Source: the human T2T-CHM13v2.0 reference genome, Homo sapiens. Taken from it: 64,000 nucleotides of DNA. The notes beneath the pieces are model-generated. The model saw only the letters and a program-made list of their open reading frames with translations. It made no database searches and was not told the DNA's origin. The position numbers were made by a program, and so were the translations under genes. Position 1 is the first letter of the stretch, and every line of letters starts with the position of its first letter. Location of the stretch: NCBI RefSeq assembly GCF_009914755.1, contig NC_060925.1. One strand, 5' to 3'. Below are positions 27,220 through 42,755 of the stretch, piece after piece.

Positions 27220-30200
27220 ATGGAATCGTCATCGAATGAATTGAATGCAATCATCGAATGGTCTCGAATGGAATCATCTTCTAATGGAAAGGAATGGAAT
27301 CATCGCATAGAATCGAATGGAATTATCATCGAATGGAATCGAATGGTATCAACACCAAACGGAAAAAAACGGAATTATCGAATGGAATCGAAGAGAATCT
27401 TCGAACGGACCCGAATGGAATCATCTAATGGAATGGAATGGAATAATCCATGGACTCGAATGCAATCATCATCGAATGGAATGGAATGGAATCATCGAAT
27501 GGACTCAAATGGAATAATCATTGAACGGAATCGAATGGAATCATCATCGGATGGAAACGAATGGAATCATCATCGAATGGAAATGAAAGGAGTCATCATC
27601 TAACGGAATTGCATGGAATCATCATAAAATGGAATCGAATGGAATCAACATCAAATGGAATCAAATGGAATCATTGAACGGAATTGAATGGAATCGTCAT
27701 CGAATGAATTGACTGCAATCATCGAATGTTCTCGAATGGAATCATCTTCAAATGGAATGGAATGGAATCATCGCATAGAATCGAATGGAATTATCATCGA
27801 ATGGAATCGAATGGAATCAACATCAAACGGAGAAAAACGCAATTATCGAATGGAATCGAAGAGAATCATCGAATGGACCCGAATGGAATCATCTAATGGA
27901 ATGGAATGGAATAATCCATGGACTCGAATGCAATCATCATCGAATGGAATCGAATGGAATCATCGAATGGACTCGAATGGAATAATCATTGAACGGAATC
28001 GAATGGAATCATCATCGGATGGAAATGAATGGAATCATCATCGAATGGAATCGAATAGAATTATGGAATGAAATCCAGTGTGATCATCATCGAATGGACC
28101 CGAATGGAATCATCATCCAACGGAAGCTAATGGAATCAACATCGAATGAATCGAATGGAAACACCATCGAATTGAAACGAATGGAATTATCATGAAATTG
28201 AAATGGATGGACTCATCATCGAATGGATTCGAATGGAATCATCGAATAAAATTGATTGAAATCATCATCGAATGGAATCGAATGGTATCATTGAATGGAA
28301 TCGAATGGAATCATCATCAGATGGAAATGAATGGAATCGTCATAGAATGGAATCGAATGGATTCATTGAATGGAATCAGATGGAATCATCGAATGGACTG
28401 GAATGGAATCATTGAATGGACTCGAAAGGGATCATGATTGAATGGAATTGAATGGAATCATCGAATGGTCTCGATTGGAATCATTATCAAATGGAATCGA
28501 ATGGAATCACCGAATAGAATCGAATGGAACAATCATCGAATGGACTCAAATGGAATTATCCTCAAATGGAATCAAATGGAATTATCGAATGCAATCGAAT
28601 GGAATTATCGAATGCAATCGAATAGAATCATCGAAAGGACTCGAATGGAATCATCGAATGGAATGGAATGGAACAGTCAATGAACTCGAATGGAATCATC
28701 ATTGAATGGAATCGAATGGAATCATCGAGTGGAATCGAATGGAATTATGATCAAATGGAATCGAATGTAATCATCATCAAATGGAATCAAAAATAACCAT
28801 CATCAATTGGTATTGAATGGAATTGTCATCAAATGGAATTCAAAGGAATCATCATCAAATGGAACCGAATGGAATCCTCATTGAATGGAAATGAAAGGGG
28901 TCATCATCTAATGGAATCGCATGGAATCATCATCAAATGGAATCGAATGGAATCATCATCAAATGGAATCTAATGGAATCATTGAACAGAATTGAATGGA
29001 ATCGTCATCGAATGAATTGAATGCAATCATCGAATGGTCTCGAATGGAATCATCTTCTAATGGAAAGGAATGGAATCATCGCATAGAATCGAATGGAATT
29101 ATCATCGAATGGAATCGAATGGTATCAACACCAAACGGAAAAAAACGGAATTATCGAATGGAATCGAAGAGAATCTTCGAACGGACCCGAATGGAATCAT
29201 CTAATGGAATGGAATGGAATAATCCATGGACTCGAATGCAATCATCATCGAATGGAATGGAATGGAATCATCGAATGGACTAGAATGGAATAATCATTGA
29301 ACGGAATCGAATGGAATCATCATCGGATGGAAACGAATGGAATCATCATCGAATGGAAATGAAAGGAGTCATCATCTAATGGAATTGCATGGAATCATCA
29401 TAAAATGGAATCGAATGGAATCAACATCAAATGGAATCAAATGGAATCATTGAACGGAATTGAATGGAATCGTCATCGAATGAATTGACTGCAATCATCG
29501 AATATTCTCGAATGGAATCATCTTCAAATGGAATGGAATGGAATCATCGCATAGAATCGAATGGAATTATCATCGAATGGAATCGAATGGAATCAACATC
29601 AAACGGAAAAAAACGGAATTATCGTATGGAATCGAAGAGAATCATCGAATGGACCCGAATGGAATCATCTAATGGAATGGAATGGAATAATCCATGGACT
29701 CGAATGCAATCATCATCGAATGAAATCGAATGGAATCATCGAATGGACTCGAATGGAATAATCATTGAACGGAATCGAATGGAATCATCATCGGATGGAA
29801 ATGAATGGAATCATCATCGAATGGAATCGAATAGAATTATGGAATGAAATCCAGTGTGATCATCATCGAATGGACCCGAATGGAATCATCATCCAACGGA
29901 AGCTAATGGAATCAACATCGAATGAATCAAATGGAAACACCATCGAATTGAAACGAATGGAATTATCATGAAATTGAAATGGATGGACTCATCATCGAAT
30001 GGATTCGAATGGAATCATCGAATAAAATTGATTGAAATCATCATCGAATGGAATCGAATGGTATCATTGAATGGAATCGAATGGAATCATCATCAGATGG
30101 AAATGAATGGAATCGTCATAGAATGGAATCGAATGGATTCATTGAATGGAATCAGATGGAATCATCGAATGGACTGGAATGGAATCATTGAATGGACTCG

Positions 30201-30771
30201 AAAGGGATCATGATTGAATGGAATTGAATGGAATCATGGAATGGTCTCGATTGGAATCATTATCAAATGGAATCGAATGGAATCACCGAATAGAATCGAA
30301 TGGAACAATCATCGAATGGACTCAAATGGAATTATCCTCAAATGGAATCGAATGGAATTATCGAATGCAATCGAATGGAATTATCGAATGCAATCGAATA
30401 GAATCATCGAAAGGACTCGAATGGAATCATCGAATGGAATGGAATGGAACAGTCAATGAACTCGAATGGAATCATCATTGAATGGAATCGAATGGAATCA
30501 TCGAGTGGAATCGAATGGAATTATGATCAAATGGAATCGAATGTAATCATCATCAAATGGAATCAAAAATAACCATCATCAATTGGTATTGAATGGAATT
30601 GTCATCAAATGGAATTCAAAGGAATCATCATCAAATGGAACCGAATGGAATCCTCATTGAATGGAAATGAAAGGGGTCATCATCTAATGGAAACGCATGG
30701 AATCATCATCAAATGGAATCGAATGGAATCATCATCAAATGGAATCTAATGGAATCATTGAACAGAATTGA

Positions 30772-32102
30772 ATGGAATCGTCATCGAATGAATTGAATGC
30801 AATCATCGAATGGTCTCGAATGGAATCATCTTCTAATGGAAAGGAATGGAATCATCGCATAGAATCGAATGGAATTATAATCGAATGGAATCGAATGGTA
30901 TCAACACCAAACGGAAAAAAACGGAATTATCGAATGGAATCGAAGAGAATCTTCGAACGGACCCGAATGGAATCATCTAATGGAATGGAATGGAATAATC
31001 CATGGACTCGAATGCAATCACCATCGAATGGAATCGAATGGAATCATCGAATGGACTCGAATGGAATAATCATTGAACGGAATCGAATGGAATCATCATC
31101 GGATGGAAATGAATGGAATCATCATCGAATGGAATCGAATAGAATTATGGAATGAAATCCAGTGTGATCATCATCGAATGGACCCGAATGGAATCATCAT
31201 CCAACGGAAGCTAATGGAATCAACATCGAATGAATCGAATGGAAACACCATCGAATTGAAACGAATGGAATTATCATGAAATTGAAATGGATGGACTCAT
31301 CATCGAATGGATTCGAATGGAATCATCGAATAAAATTGATTGAAATCATCATCAAATGGAATCGAATGGTATCATTGAATGGAATCGAATGGAATCATCA
31401 TCAGATGGAAATGAATGGAATCGTCATAGAATGGAATCGAATGGATTCATTGAATGGAATCAGATGGAATCATCGAATGGACTGGAATGGAATCATTGAA
31501 TGGACTCGAAAGGCATCATTATTGAATGGAATTGAATGGAATCATCGAATGGTCTCGATTGGAATCATTACCAAATGGAATCGAATGGAATCACCGAATA
31601 GAATCGAATGGAACAATCATCGAATGGACTCAAATGGAATTATCCTCCAATGGAATCGAATGGAATTATCGAATGCAATCGAATGGAATTATCGAATGCA
31701 ATCGAATGGAATTATCGAATGCAATCGAATAGAATCATCGAATGGACTCGAATGGAATCATCGAATGGAATGGAATGGAACAGTCAATGAACTCGAATGG
31801 AATCATCATTGAATGGAATCGAATGGAATCTTCGAGTGGAATCGAATGGAATTATGATCAAATGGAATCTAATGGAATCATCATCAAATGGAATCAAAAA
31901 TAACCATCATCAATTGGTATTGAATGGAATTGTCATCAAATGGAATTCAAAGGAATCATCATCAAATGGAACCGAATGGAATCCTCATTGAATGGAAATG
32001 AAAGGGGTCATCATCTAATGGAATCGCATGGAATCATCATCAAATGGAATCGAATGGAATCATCATCAAATGGAATCTAATGGAATCATTGAACAGATTT
32101 GA
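30772..32102 (+). repeat. 1331-bp marker unit, copy 1 (A/B fusion, -468 bp; triple 23-mer, +23 bp)
   Basis: A head fused to the B tail at ~30960-31130, with three tandem ggaattatcgaatgcaatcgaat at 31662-31730. 1776-468+23=1331. Confidence 0.92.
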
Positions 32103-35100
32103 ATGGAATCATCATCGAATGAATTGAATGCAATCATCGAATGGTCTCGAATGGAATCATCTTCTAATGGAAAGCAATGGAATCATCGCATAGAATCGAA
32201 TGGAATTATCATCGAATGGAATCGAATGGTATCAACACCAAACGGAAAAAAACGGAATTATCGAATGGAATCGAAGAGAATCTTCGAACGGACCCGAATG
32301 GAGTCATCTAATGGAATGGAATGGAATAATCCATGGACTCGAATGCAATCATCATCGAATGGAATCGAATGGAGTCATCGAATGGACTCGAATGGAATAA
32401 TCATTGAACGGAATCGAATGGAATCATCATCGGATGGAAACGAATGGAATCATCATCGAATGGAAATGAAAGGAGTCATCATCTAATGGAATTGCATGGA
32501 ATCATCATAAAATGGAATCGAATGGAATCAACATCAAATGGAATCAAATGGAATCATTGAACGGAATTGAATGGAATCGTCATCGAATGAATTGACTGCA
32601 ATCATCGAATGGTCTCGAATGGAATCATCTTCAAATGGAATGGAATGGAATCATCGAATAGAATCGAATGGAATTATCATCGAATGGAATCGAATGGAAT
32701 CAACATCAAACGGAAAAAAACAGAATTATCGTATGGAATCTAAGAGAATCATCGAATGGACCCGAATGGAATCATCTAATGGAATGGAATGGAATAATCC
32801 ATGGACTCGAATGCAATCATCATCGAATGGAATCGAATGGAATCATCGAATGGACTCGAATGGAATAATCATTGAACGGAATCGAATGGAATCATCATCG
32901 GATGGAAATGAATGGAATCATCATCGAATGGAATCGAATAGAATTATGGAATGAAATCCAGTGTGATCATCATCGAATGGACCCGAATGGAATCATCATC
33001 CAACGGAAGCTAATGGAATCAACATCGAATGAATCGAATGGAAACACCATCGAATTGAAACGAATGGAATTATCATGAAATTGAAATGGATGGACACATC
33101 ATCGAATGGATTCGAATGGAATCATCGAATAAAATTGATTGAAATCATCATCAAATGGAATCGAATGGTATCATTGAATGGAATCGAATGGAATCATCAT
33201 CAGATGGAAATGAATGGAATCGTCATAGAATGGAATCGAATGGATTCATTGAATGGAATCAGATGGAATCATCGAATGGACTGGAATGGAATCATTGAAT
33301 GGACTCGAAAGGGATCATTATTGAATGGAATTGAATGGAATCATCGAATGGTCTCGATTGGAATCATTATCAAATGGAATCGAATGGAATCACCGAATAG
33401 AATCGAATGGAACAATCATCGAATGGACTCAAATGGAATTATCCTCAAATGGAATCGAATGGAATTATCGAATGCAATCGAATGGAATTATCGAATGCAA
33501 TCGAATAGAATCATCGAATGGACTCGAATGGAATCATCGAATGGAATGGAATGGAACAGTCAATGAACTCGAATGGAATCATCATTGAATGGAATCGAAT
33601 GGAATCATCGAGTGGAATCGAATGGAATTATGATCAAATGGAATCGAATGTAATCATCATCAAATGGAATCAAAAATAACCATCATCAATTGGTATTGAA
33701 TGGAATTGTCATCAAATGGAATTCAAAGGAATCATCATCAAATGGAACCGAATGGAATCCTCATTGAATGGAAATGAAAGGGGTCATCATCTAATGGAAT
33801 CGCATGGAATCATCATCAAATGGAATCGAATGGAATCATCATCAAATGGAATCTAATGGAATCATTGAACAGAATTGAATGGAATCGTCATCGAATGAAT
33901 TGAATGCAATCATCGAATGGTCTCGAATGGAATCATCTTCTAATGGAAAGGAATGGAATCATCGCATAGAATCGAATGGAATTATCATCGAATGGAATCG
34001 AATGGTATCAACACCAAACGGAAAAAAACGGAATTATCGAATGGAATCGAAGAGAATCTTCGAACGGACCCGAATGGAATCATCTAATGGAATGGAATGG
34101 AATAATCCATGGACTCGAATGCAATCATCATCGAATGGAATCGAATGGAATCATCGAATGGACTCGAATGGAATAATCATTGAACGGAATCGAATGGAAT
34201 CATCATCGGATGGAAATGAATGGAATCATCATCGAAGGGAAATGAAAGGAGTCATCATCTAATGGAATTGCATGGAATCATCATAAAATGGAATCGAATG
34301 GAATCAACATCAAATGGAATCAAATGGAATCATTGAACGGAATTGAATGGAATCGTCATCGAATGAATTGACTGCAATCATCGAATGGTCTCGAATGGAA
34401 TCATCTTCAAATGGAATGGAATGGAATCATCGCATAGAATCGAATGGAATTATCATCGAATGGAATCGAATGGAATCAACATCAAACGGAAAAAAACGGA
34501 ATTATCGAATGGAATCGAAGAGAATCATCGAATGGACCCGAATGGAATCATCTAATGGAATGGAATGGAATAATCCATGGACTCGAATGCAATCATCATC
34601 GAATGGAATCGAATGGAATCATCGAATGGACTCGAATGGAATAATCATTGAACGGAATCGAATGGAATCATCATCGGATGGAAATGAATGGAATCATCAT
34701 CGAATGGAATCGAATAGAATTATGGAATGAAATCCAGTGTGATCATCATCGAATGGACCCGAATGGAATCATCATCCAACGGAAGCTAATGGAATCAACA
34801 TCGAATGAATCGAATGGAAACACCATCGAATTGAAACGAATGGAATTATCATGAAATTGAAATGGATGGACTCATCATCGAATGGATTCGAATGGAATCA
34901 TCGAATAAAATTGATTGAAATCATCATCGAATGGAATCGAATGGTATCATTGAATGGAATCGAATGGAATCATCATCAGATGGAAATGAATGGAATCGTC
35001 ATAGAATGGAATCGAATGGATTCATTGAATGGAATCAGATGGAATCATCGAATGGACTGGAATGGAATCATTGAATGGACTCGAAAGGGATCATTATTGA

Positions 35101-38100
35101 ATGGAATTGAATGGAATCATCGAATGGTCTCGATTGGAATCATTACCAAATGGAATCGAATGGAATCACCGAATAGAATCGAATGGAACAATCATCGAAT
35201 GGACTCAAATGGAATTATCCTCAAATGGAATCGAATGGAATTATCGAATGCAATCGAATGGAATTATCGAATGCAATCGAATAGAATCATCGAAAGGACT
35301 CGAATGGAATCATCGAATGGAATGGAATGGAACAGTCAATGAACTCGAATGGAATCATCATTGAATGGAATCGAATGGAATCATCGAGTGGAATCGAATG
35401 GAATTATGATCAAATGGAATCGAATGTAATCATCATCAAATGGAATCAAAAATAACCATCATCAATTGGTATTGAATGGAATTGTCATCAAATGGAATTC
35501 AAAGGAATCATCATCAAATGGAACCGAATGGAATCCTCATTGAATGGAAATGAAAGGGGTCATCATCTAATGGAATCGCATGGAATCATCATCAAATGGA
35601 ATCGAATGGAATCATCATCAAATGGAATCTAATGGAATCATTGAACAGAATTGAATGGAATCGTCATCGAATGAATTGAATGCAATCATCGAATGGTCTC
35701 GAATGGAATCATCTTCTAATGGAAAGGAATGGAATCATCGCATAGAATCGAATGGAATTATCATCGAATGGAATCGAATGGTATCAACACCAAACGGAAA
35801 AAAACGGAATTATCGAATGGAATCGAAGAGAATCTTCGAACGGACCCGAATGGAATCATCTAATGGAATGGAATGGAATAATCCATGGACTCGAATGCAA
35901 TCATCATCGAATGGAATCGAATGGAGTCATCGAATGGACTCGAATGGAATAATCATTGAACGGAATCGAATGGAATCATCATCGGATGGAAACGAATGGA
36001 ATCATCATCGAATGGAAATGAAAGGAGTCATCATCTAATGGAATTGCATGGAATCATCATAAAATGGAATCGAATGGAATCAACATCAAATGGAATCAAA
36101 TGGAATCATTGAACGGAATTGAATGGAATCGTCATCGAATGAATTGACTGCAATCATCGAATGGTCTCGAATGGAATCATCTTCAAATGGAATGGAATGG
36201 AATCATCGCATAGAATCGAATGGAATTATCATCGAATGGAATCGAATGGAATCAACATCAAACGGAAAAAAACAGAATTATCGTATGGAATCTAAGAGAA
36301 TCATCGAATGGACCCGAATGGAATCATCTAATGGAATGGAATGGAATAATCCATGGACTCGAATGCAATCATCATCGAATGGAATCGAATGGAATCATCG
36401 AATGGACTCGAATGGAATAATCATTGAACGGAATCGAATGGAATCATCATCGGATGGAAATGAATGGAATCATCATCGAATGGAATCGAATAGAATTATG
36501 GAATGAAATCCAGTGTGATCATCATCGAATGGACCCGAATGGAATCATCATCCAACGGAAGCTAATGGAATCAACATCGAATGAATCGAATGGAAACACC
36601 ATCGAATTGAAACGAATGGAATTATCATGAAATTGAAATGGATGGACACATCATCGAATGGATTCGAATGGAATCATCGAATAAAATTGATTGAAATCAT
36701 CATCAAATGGAATCGAATGGTATCATTGAATGGAATCGAATGGAATCATCATCAGATGGAAATGAATGGAATCGTCATAGAATGGAATCGAATGGATTCA
36801 TTGAATGGAATCAGATGGAATCATCGAATGGACTGGAATGGAATCATTGAATGGACTCGAAAGGGATCATTATTGAATGGAATTGAATGGAATCATCGAA
36901 TGGTCTCGATTGGAATCATTATCAAATTGAATCGAATGGAATCACCGAAAAGAATCGAATGGAACAATCATCGAATGGACTCAAATGGAATTATCCTCAA
37001 ATGGAATCGAATGGAATTATCGAATGCAATCGAATGGAATTATCGAATGCAATCGAATAGAATCATCGAATGGACTCGAATGGAATCATCGAATGGAATG
37101 GAATGGAACAGTCAATGAACTCGAATGGAATCATCATTGAATGGAATCGAATGGAATCATCGAGTGGAATCGAATGGAATTATGATCAAATGGAATCGAA
37201 TGTAATCATCATCAAATGGAATCAAAAATAACCATCATCAATTGGTATTGAATGGAATTGTCATCAAATGGAATTCAAAGGAATCATCATCAAATGGAAC
37301 CGAATGGAATCCTCATTGAATGGAAATGAAAGGGGTCATCATCTAATGGAATCGCATGGAATCATCATCAAATGGAATCGAATGGAATCATCATCAAATG
37401 GAATCTAATGGAATCATTGAACAGAATTGAATGGAATCGTCATCGAATGAATTGAATGCAATCATCGAATGGTCTCGAATGGAATCATCTTCTAATGGAA
37501 AGGAATGGAATCATCGCATAGAATCGAATGGAATTATCATCGAATGGAATCGAATGGTATCAACACCAAACGGAAAAAAACGGAATTATCGAATGGAATC
37601 GAAGAGAATCTTCGAACGGACCCGAATGGAATCATCTAATGGAATGGAATGGAATAATCCATGGACTCGAATGCAATCATCATCGAATGGAATCGAATGG
37701 AATCATCGAATGGACTCGAATGGAATAATCATTGAACGGAATCGAATGGAATCATCATCGGATGGAAATGAATGGAATCATCATCGAAGGGAAATGAAAG
37801 GAGTCATCATCTAATGGAATTGCATGGAATCATCATAAAATGGAATCGAATGGAATCAACATCAAATGGAATCAAATGGAATCATTGAACGGAATTGAAT
37901 GGAATCGTCATCGAATGAATTGACTGCAATCATCGAATGGTCTCGAATGGAATCATCTTCAAATGGAATGGAATGGAATCATCGCATAGAATCGAATGGA
38001 ATTATCATCGAATGGAATCGAATGGAATCAACATCAAACGGAAAAAAACGGAATTATCGAATGGAATCGAAGAGAATCATCGAATGGACCCGAATGGAAT

Positions 38101-40982
38101 CATCTAATGGAATGGAATGGAATAATCCATGGACTCGAATGCAATCATCATCGAATGGAATCGAATGGAATCATCGAATGGACTCGAATGGAATAATCAT
38201 TGAACGGAATCGAATGGAATCATCATCGGATGGAAATGAATGGAATCATCATCGAATGGAATCGAATAGAATTATGGAATGAAATCCAGTGTGATCATCA
38301 TCGAATGGACCCGAATGGAATCATCATCCAACGGAAGCTAATGGAATCAACATCGAATGAATCGAATGGAAACACCATCGAATTGAAACGAATGGAATTA
38401 TCATGAAATTGAAATGGATGGACTCATCATCGAATGGATTCGAATGGAATCATCGAATAAAATTGATTGAAATCATCATCGAATGGAATCGAATGGTATC
38501 ATTGAATGGAATCGAATGGAATCATCATCAGATGGAAATGAATGGAATCGTCATAGAATGGAATCGAATGGATTCATTGAATGGAATCAGATGGAATCAT
38601 CGAATGGACTGGAATGGAATCATTGAATGGACTCGAAAGGGATCATTATTGAATGGAATTGAATGGAATCATCGAATGGTCTCGATTGGAATCATTACCA
38701 AATGGAATCGAATGGAATCACCGAATAGAATCGAATGGAACAATCATCGAATGGACTCAAATGGAATTATCCTCAAATGGAATCGAATGGAATTATCGAA
38801 TGCAATCGAATGGAATTATCGAATGCAATCGAATAGAATCATCGAATGGACTCGAATGGAATCATCGAATGGAATGGAATGGAACAGTCAATGAACTCGA
38901 ATGGAATCATCATTGAATGGAATCGAATGGAATCATCGAGTGGAATCGAATGGAATTATGATCAAATGGAATCGAATGTAATCATCATCAAATGGAATCA
39001 AAAATAACCATCATCAATTGGTATTGAATGGAATTGTCATCAAATGGAATTCAAAGGAATCATCATCAAATGGAACCGAATGGAATCCTCATTGAATGGA
39101 AATGAAAAGGGTCATCATCTAATGGAATCGCATGGAATCATCATCAAATGGAATCGAATGGAATCATCATCAAATGGAATCTAATGGAATCATTGAACAG
39201 AATTGAATGGAATCGTCATCGAATGAATTGAATGCAATCATCGAATGGTCTCGAATGGAATCATCTTCTAATGGAAAGGAATGGAATCATCGCATAGAAT
39301 CGAATGGAATTATCATCGAATGGAATCGAATGGTATCAACACCAAACGGAAAAAAACGGAATTATCGAATGGAATCGAAGAGAATCTTCGAACGGACCCG
39401 AATGGAATCATCTAATGGAATGGAATGGAATAATCCATGGACTCGAATGCAATCATCATCGAATGGAATGGAATGGAATCATCGAATGGACTCGAATGGA
39501 ATAATCATTGAACGGAATCGAATGGAATCATCATCGGATGGAAACGAATGGAATCATCATCGAATGGAAATGAAAGGAGTCATCATCTAATGGAATTGCA
39601 TGGAATCATCATAAAATGGAATCGAATGGAATCAACATCAAATGGAATCAAATGGAATCATTGAACGGAATTGAATGGAATCGTCATCGAATGAATTGAC
39701 TGCAATCATCGAATGTTCTCGAATGGAATCATCTTCAAATGGAATGGAATGGAATCATCGCATAGAATCGAATGGAATTATCATCGAATGGAATCGAATG
39801 GAATCAACATCAAACGGAAAAAAACGGAATTATCGAATGGAATCGAAGAGAATCATCGAATGGACCCGAATGGAATCATCTAATGGAATGGAATGGAATA
39901 ATCCATGGACTCGAATGCAATCATCATCGAATGGAATCGAACGGAATCATCGAATGGACTCGAATGGAATAATCATTGAACGGAATCGAATGGAATCATC
40001 ATCGGATGGAAATGAATGGAATCATCATCGAATGGAATCGAATAGAATTATGGAATGAAATCCAGTGTGATCATCATCGAATGGACCCGAATGGAATCAT
40101 CATCCAACGGAAGCTAATGGAATCAACATCGAATGAATCGAATGGAAACACCATCGAATTGAAACGAATGGAATTATCATGAAATTGAAATGGATGGACT
40201 CATCATCGAATGGATTCGAATGGAATCATCGAATAAAATTGATTGAAATCATCATCGAATGGAATCGAATGGTATCATTGAATGGAATCGAATGGAATCA
40301 TCATCAGATGGAAATGAATGGAATCGTCATAGAATGGAATCGAATGGATTCATTGAATGGAATCAGATGGAATCATCGAATGGACTGGAATGGAATCATT
40401 GAATGGACTCGAAAGGGATCATGATTGAATGGAATTGAATGGAATCATCGAATGGTCTCGATTGGAATCATTATCAAATGGAATCGAATGGAATCACCGA
40501 ATAGAATCGAATGGAACAATCATCGAATGGACTCAAATGGAATTATCCTCAAATGGAATCGAATGGAATTATCGAATGCAATCGAATGGAATTATCGAAT
40601 GCAATCGAATAGAATCATCGAAAGGACTCGAATGGAATCATCGAATGGAATGGAATGGAACAGTCAATGAACTCGAATGGAATCATCATTGAATGGAATC
40701 GAATGGAATCATCGAGTGGAATCGAATGGAATTATGATCAAATGGAATCGAATGTATTCATCATCAAATGGAATCAAAAATAACCATCATCAATTGGTAT
40801 TGAATGGAATTGTCATCAAATGGAATTCAAAGGAATCATCATCAAATGGAACCGAATGGAATCCTCATTGAATGGAAATGAAAGGGGTCATCATCTAATG
40901 GAATCGCATGGAATCATCATCAAATGGAATCGAATGGAATCATCATCAAATGGAATCTAATGGAATCATTGAACAGAATTGA

Positions 40983-42755
40983 ATGGAATCGTCATCGAAT
41001 GAATTGAATGCAATCATCGAATGGTCTCGAATGGAATCATCTTCTAATGGAAAGGAATGGAATCATCGCATAGAATCGAATGGAATTATCATCGAATGGA
41101 ATCGAATGGTATCAACACCAAACGGAAAAAAACGGAATTATCGAATGGAATCGAAGAGAATCTTCGAACGGACGCGAATGGAATCATCTAATGGAATGGA
41201 ATGGAATAATCCATGGACTCGAATGCAATCATCATCGAATAGAATGGAATGGAATCATCGAATGGACTCGAATGGAATAATCATTGAACGGAATCGAATG
41301 GAATCATCATCGGATGGAAACGAATGGAATCATCATCGAATGGAAATGAAAGGAGTCATCTAATGGAATTGCATGGAATCATCATAAAATGGAATCGAAT
41401 GGAATCAACATCAAATGGAATCAAATGGAATCATTGAACGGAATTGAATGGAATCGTCATCGAATGAATTGACTGCAATCATCGAATGTTCTCGAATGGA
41501 ATCATCTTCAAATGAAATGGAATGGAATCATCGCATAGAATCGAATGGAATTATCATCGAATGGAATCGAATGGAATCAACATCAAACGGAAAAAAACGG
41601 AATTATCGTATGGAATCGAAGAGAATCATCGAATGGACCCGAATGGAATCATCTAATGGAATGGAATGGAATAATCCATGGACTCGAATGCAATCATCAT
41701 CGAATGAAATCGAATGGAATCATCGAATGGACTCGAATGGAATAATCATTGAACGGAATCGAATGGAATCATCATCGGATGGAAATGAATGGAATCATCA
41801 TCGAATGGAATCGAATAGAATTATGGAATGAAATCCAGTGTGATCATCATCGAATGGACCCGAATGGAATCATCATCCAACGGAAGCTAATGGAATCAAC
41901 ATCGAATGAATCGAATGGAAACACCATCGAATTGAAACGAATGGAATTATCATGAAATTGAAATGGATGGACTCATCATCGAATGGATTCGAATGGAATC
42001 ATCGAATAAAATTGATTGAAATCATCATCGAATGGAATCGAATGGTATCATTGAATGGAATCGAATGGAATCATCATCAGATGGAAATGAATGGAATCGT
42101 CATAGAATGGAATCGAATGGATTCATTGAATGGAATCAGATGGAATCATCGAATGGACTGGAATGGAATCATTGAATGGACTCGAAAGGGATCATGATTG
42201 AATGGAATTGAATGGAATCATGGAATGGTCTCGATTGGAATCATTATCAAATGGAATCGAATGGAATCACCGAATAGAATCGAATGGAACAATCATCGAA
42301 TGGACTCAAATGGAATTATCCTCAAATGGAATCGAATTCAATTATCGAATGCAATCGAATGGAATTATCGAATGCAATCGAATAGAATCATCGAAAGGAC
42401 TCGAATGGAATCATCGAATGGAATGGAATGGAACAGTCAATGAACTCGAATGGAATCATCATTGAATGGAATCGAATGGAATCATCGAGTGGAATCGAAT
42501 GGAATTATGATCAAATGGAATCGAATGTAATCATCATCAAATGGAATCAAAAATAACCATCATCAATTGGTATTGAATGGAATTGTCATCAAATGGAATT
42601 CAAAGGAATCATCATCAAATGGAACCGAATGGAATCCTCATTGAATGGAAATGAAAGGGGTCATCATCTAATGGAATCGCATGGAATCATCATCAAATGG
42701 AATCGAATGGAATCATCATCAAATGGAATCTAATGGAATCATTGAACAGAATTGA
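40983..42755 (+). repeat. 1773-bp unit with a 3-bp (ATC) deletion
   Basis: It reads ggagtcatctaatgg at ~41352-41366 instead of ggagtcatcatctaatgg. A-to-B spacing is 465 rather than 468. Confidence 0.88.

Noticed and set aside
42334-42339. Extra EcoRI sites (2521, 18642, 42334)
   Set aside because: They are isolated substitutions in GGAATT/GAAT contexts. They are useful as markers but have no functional implication.
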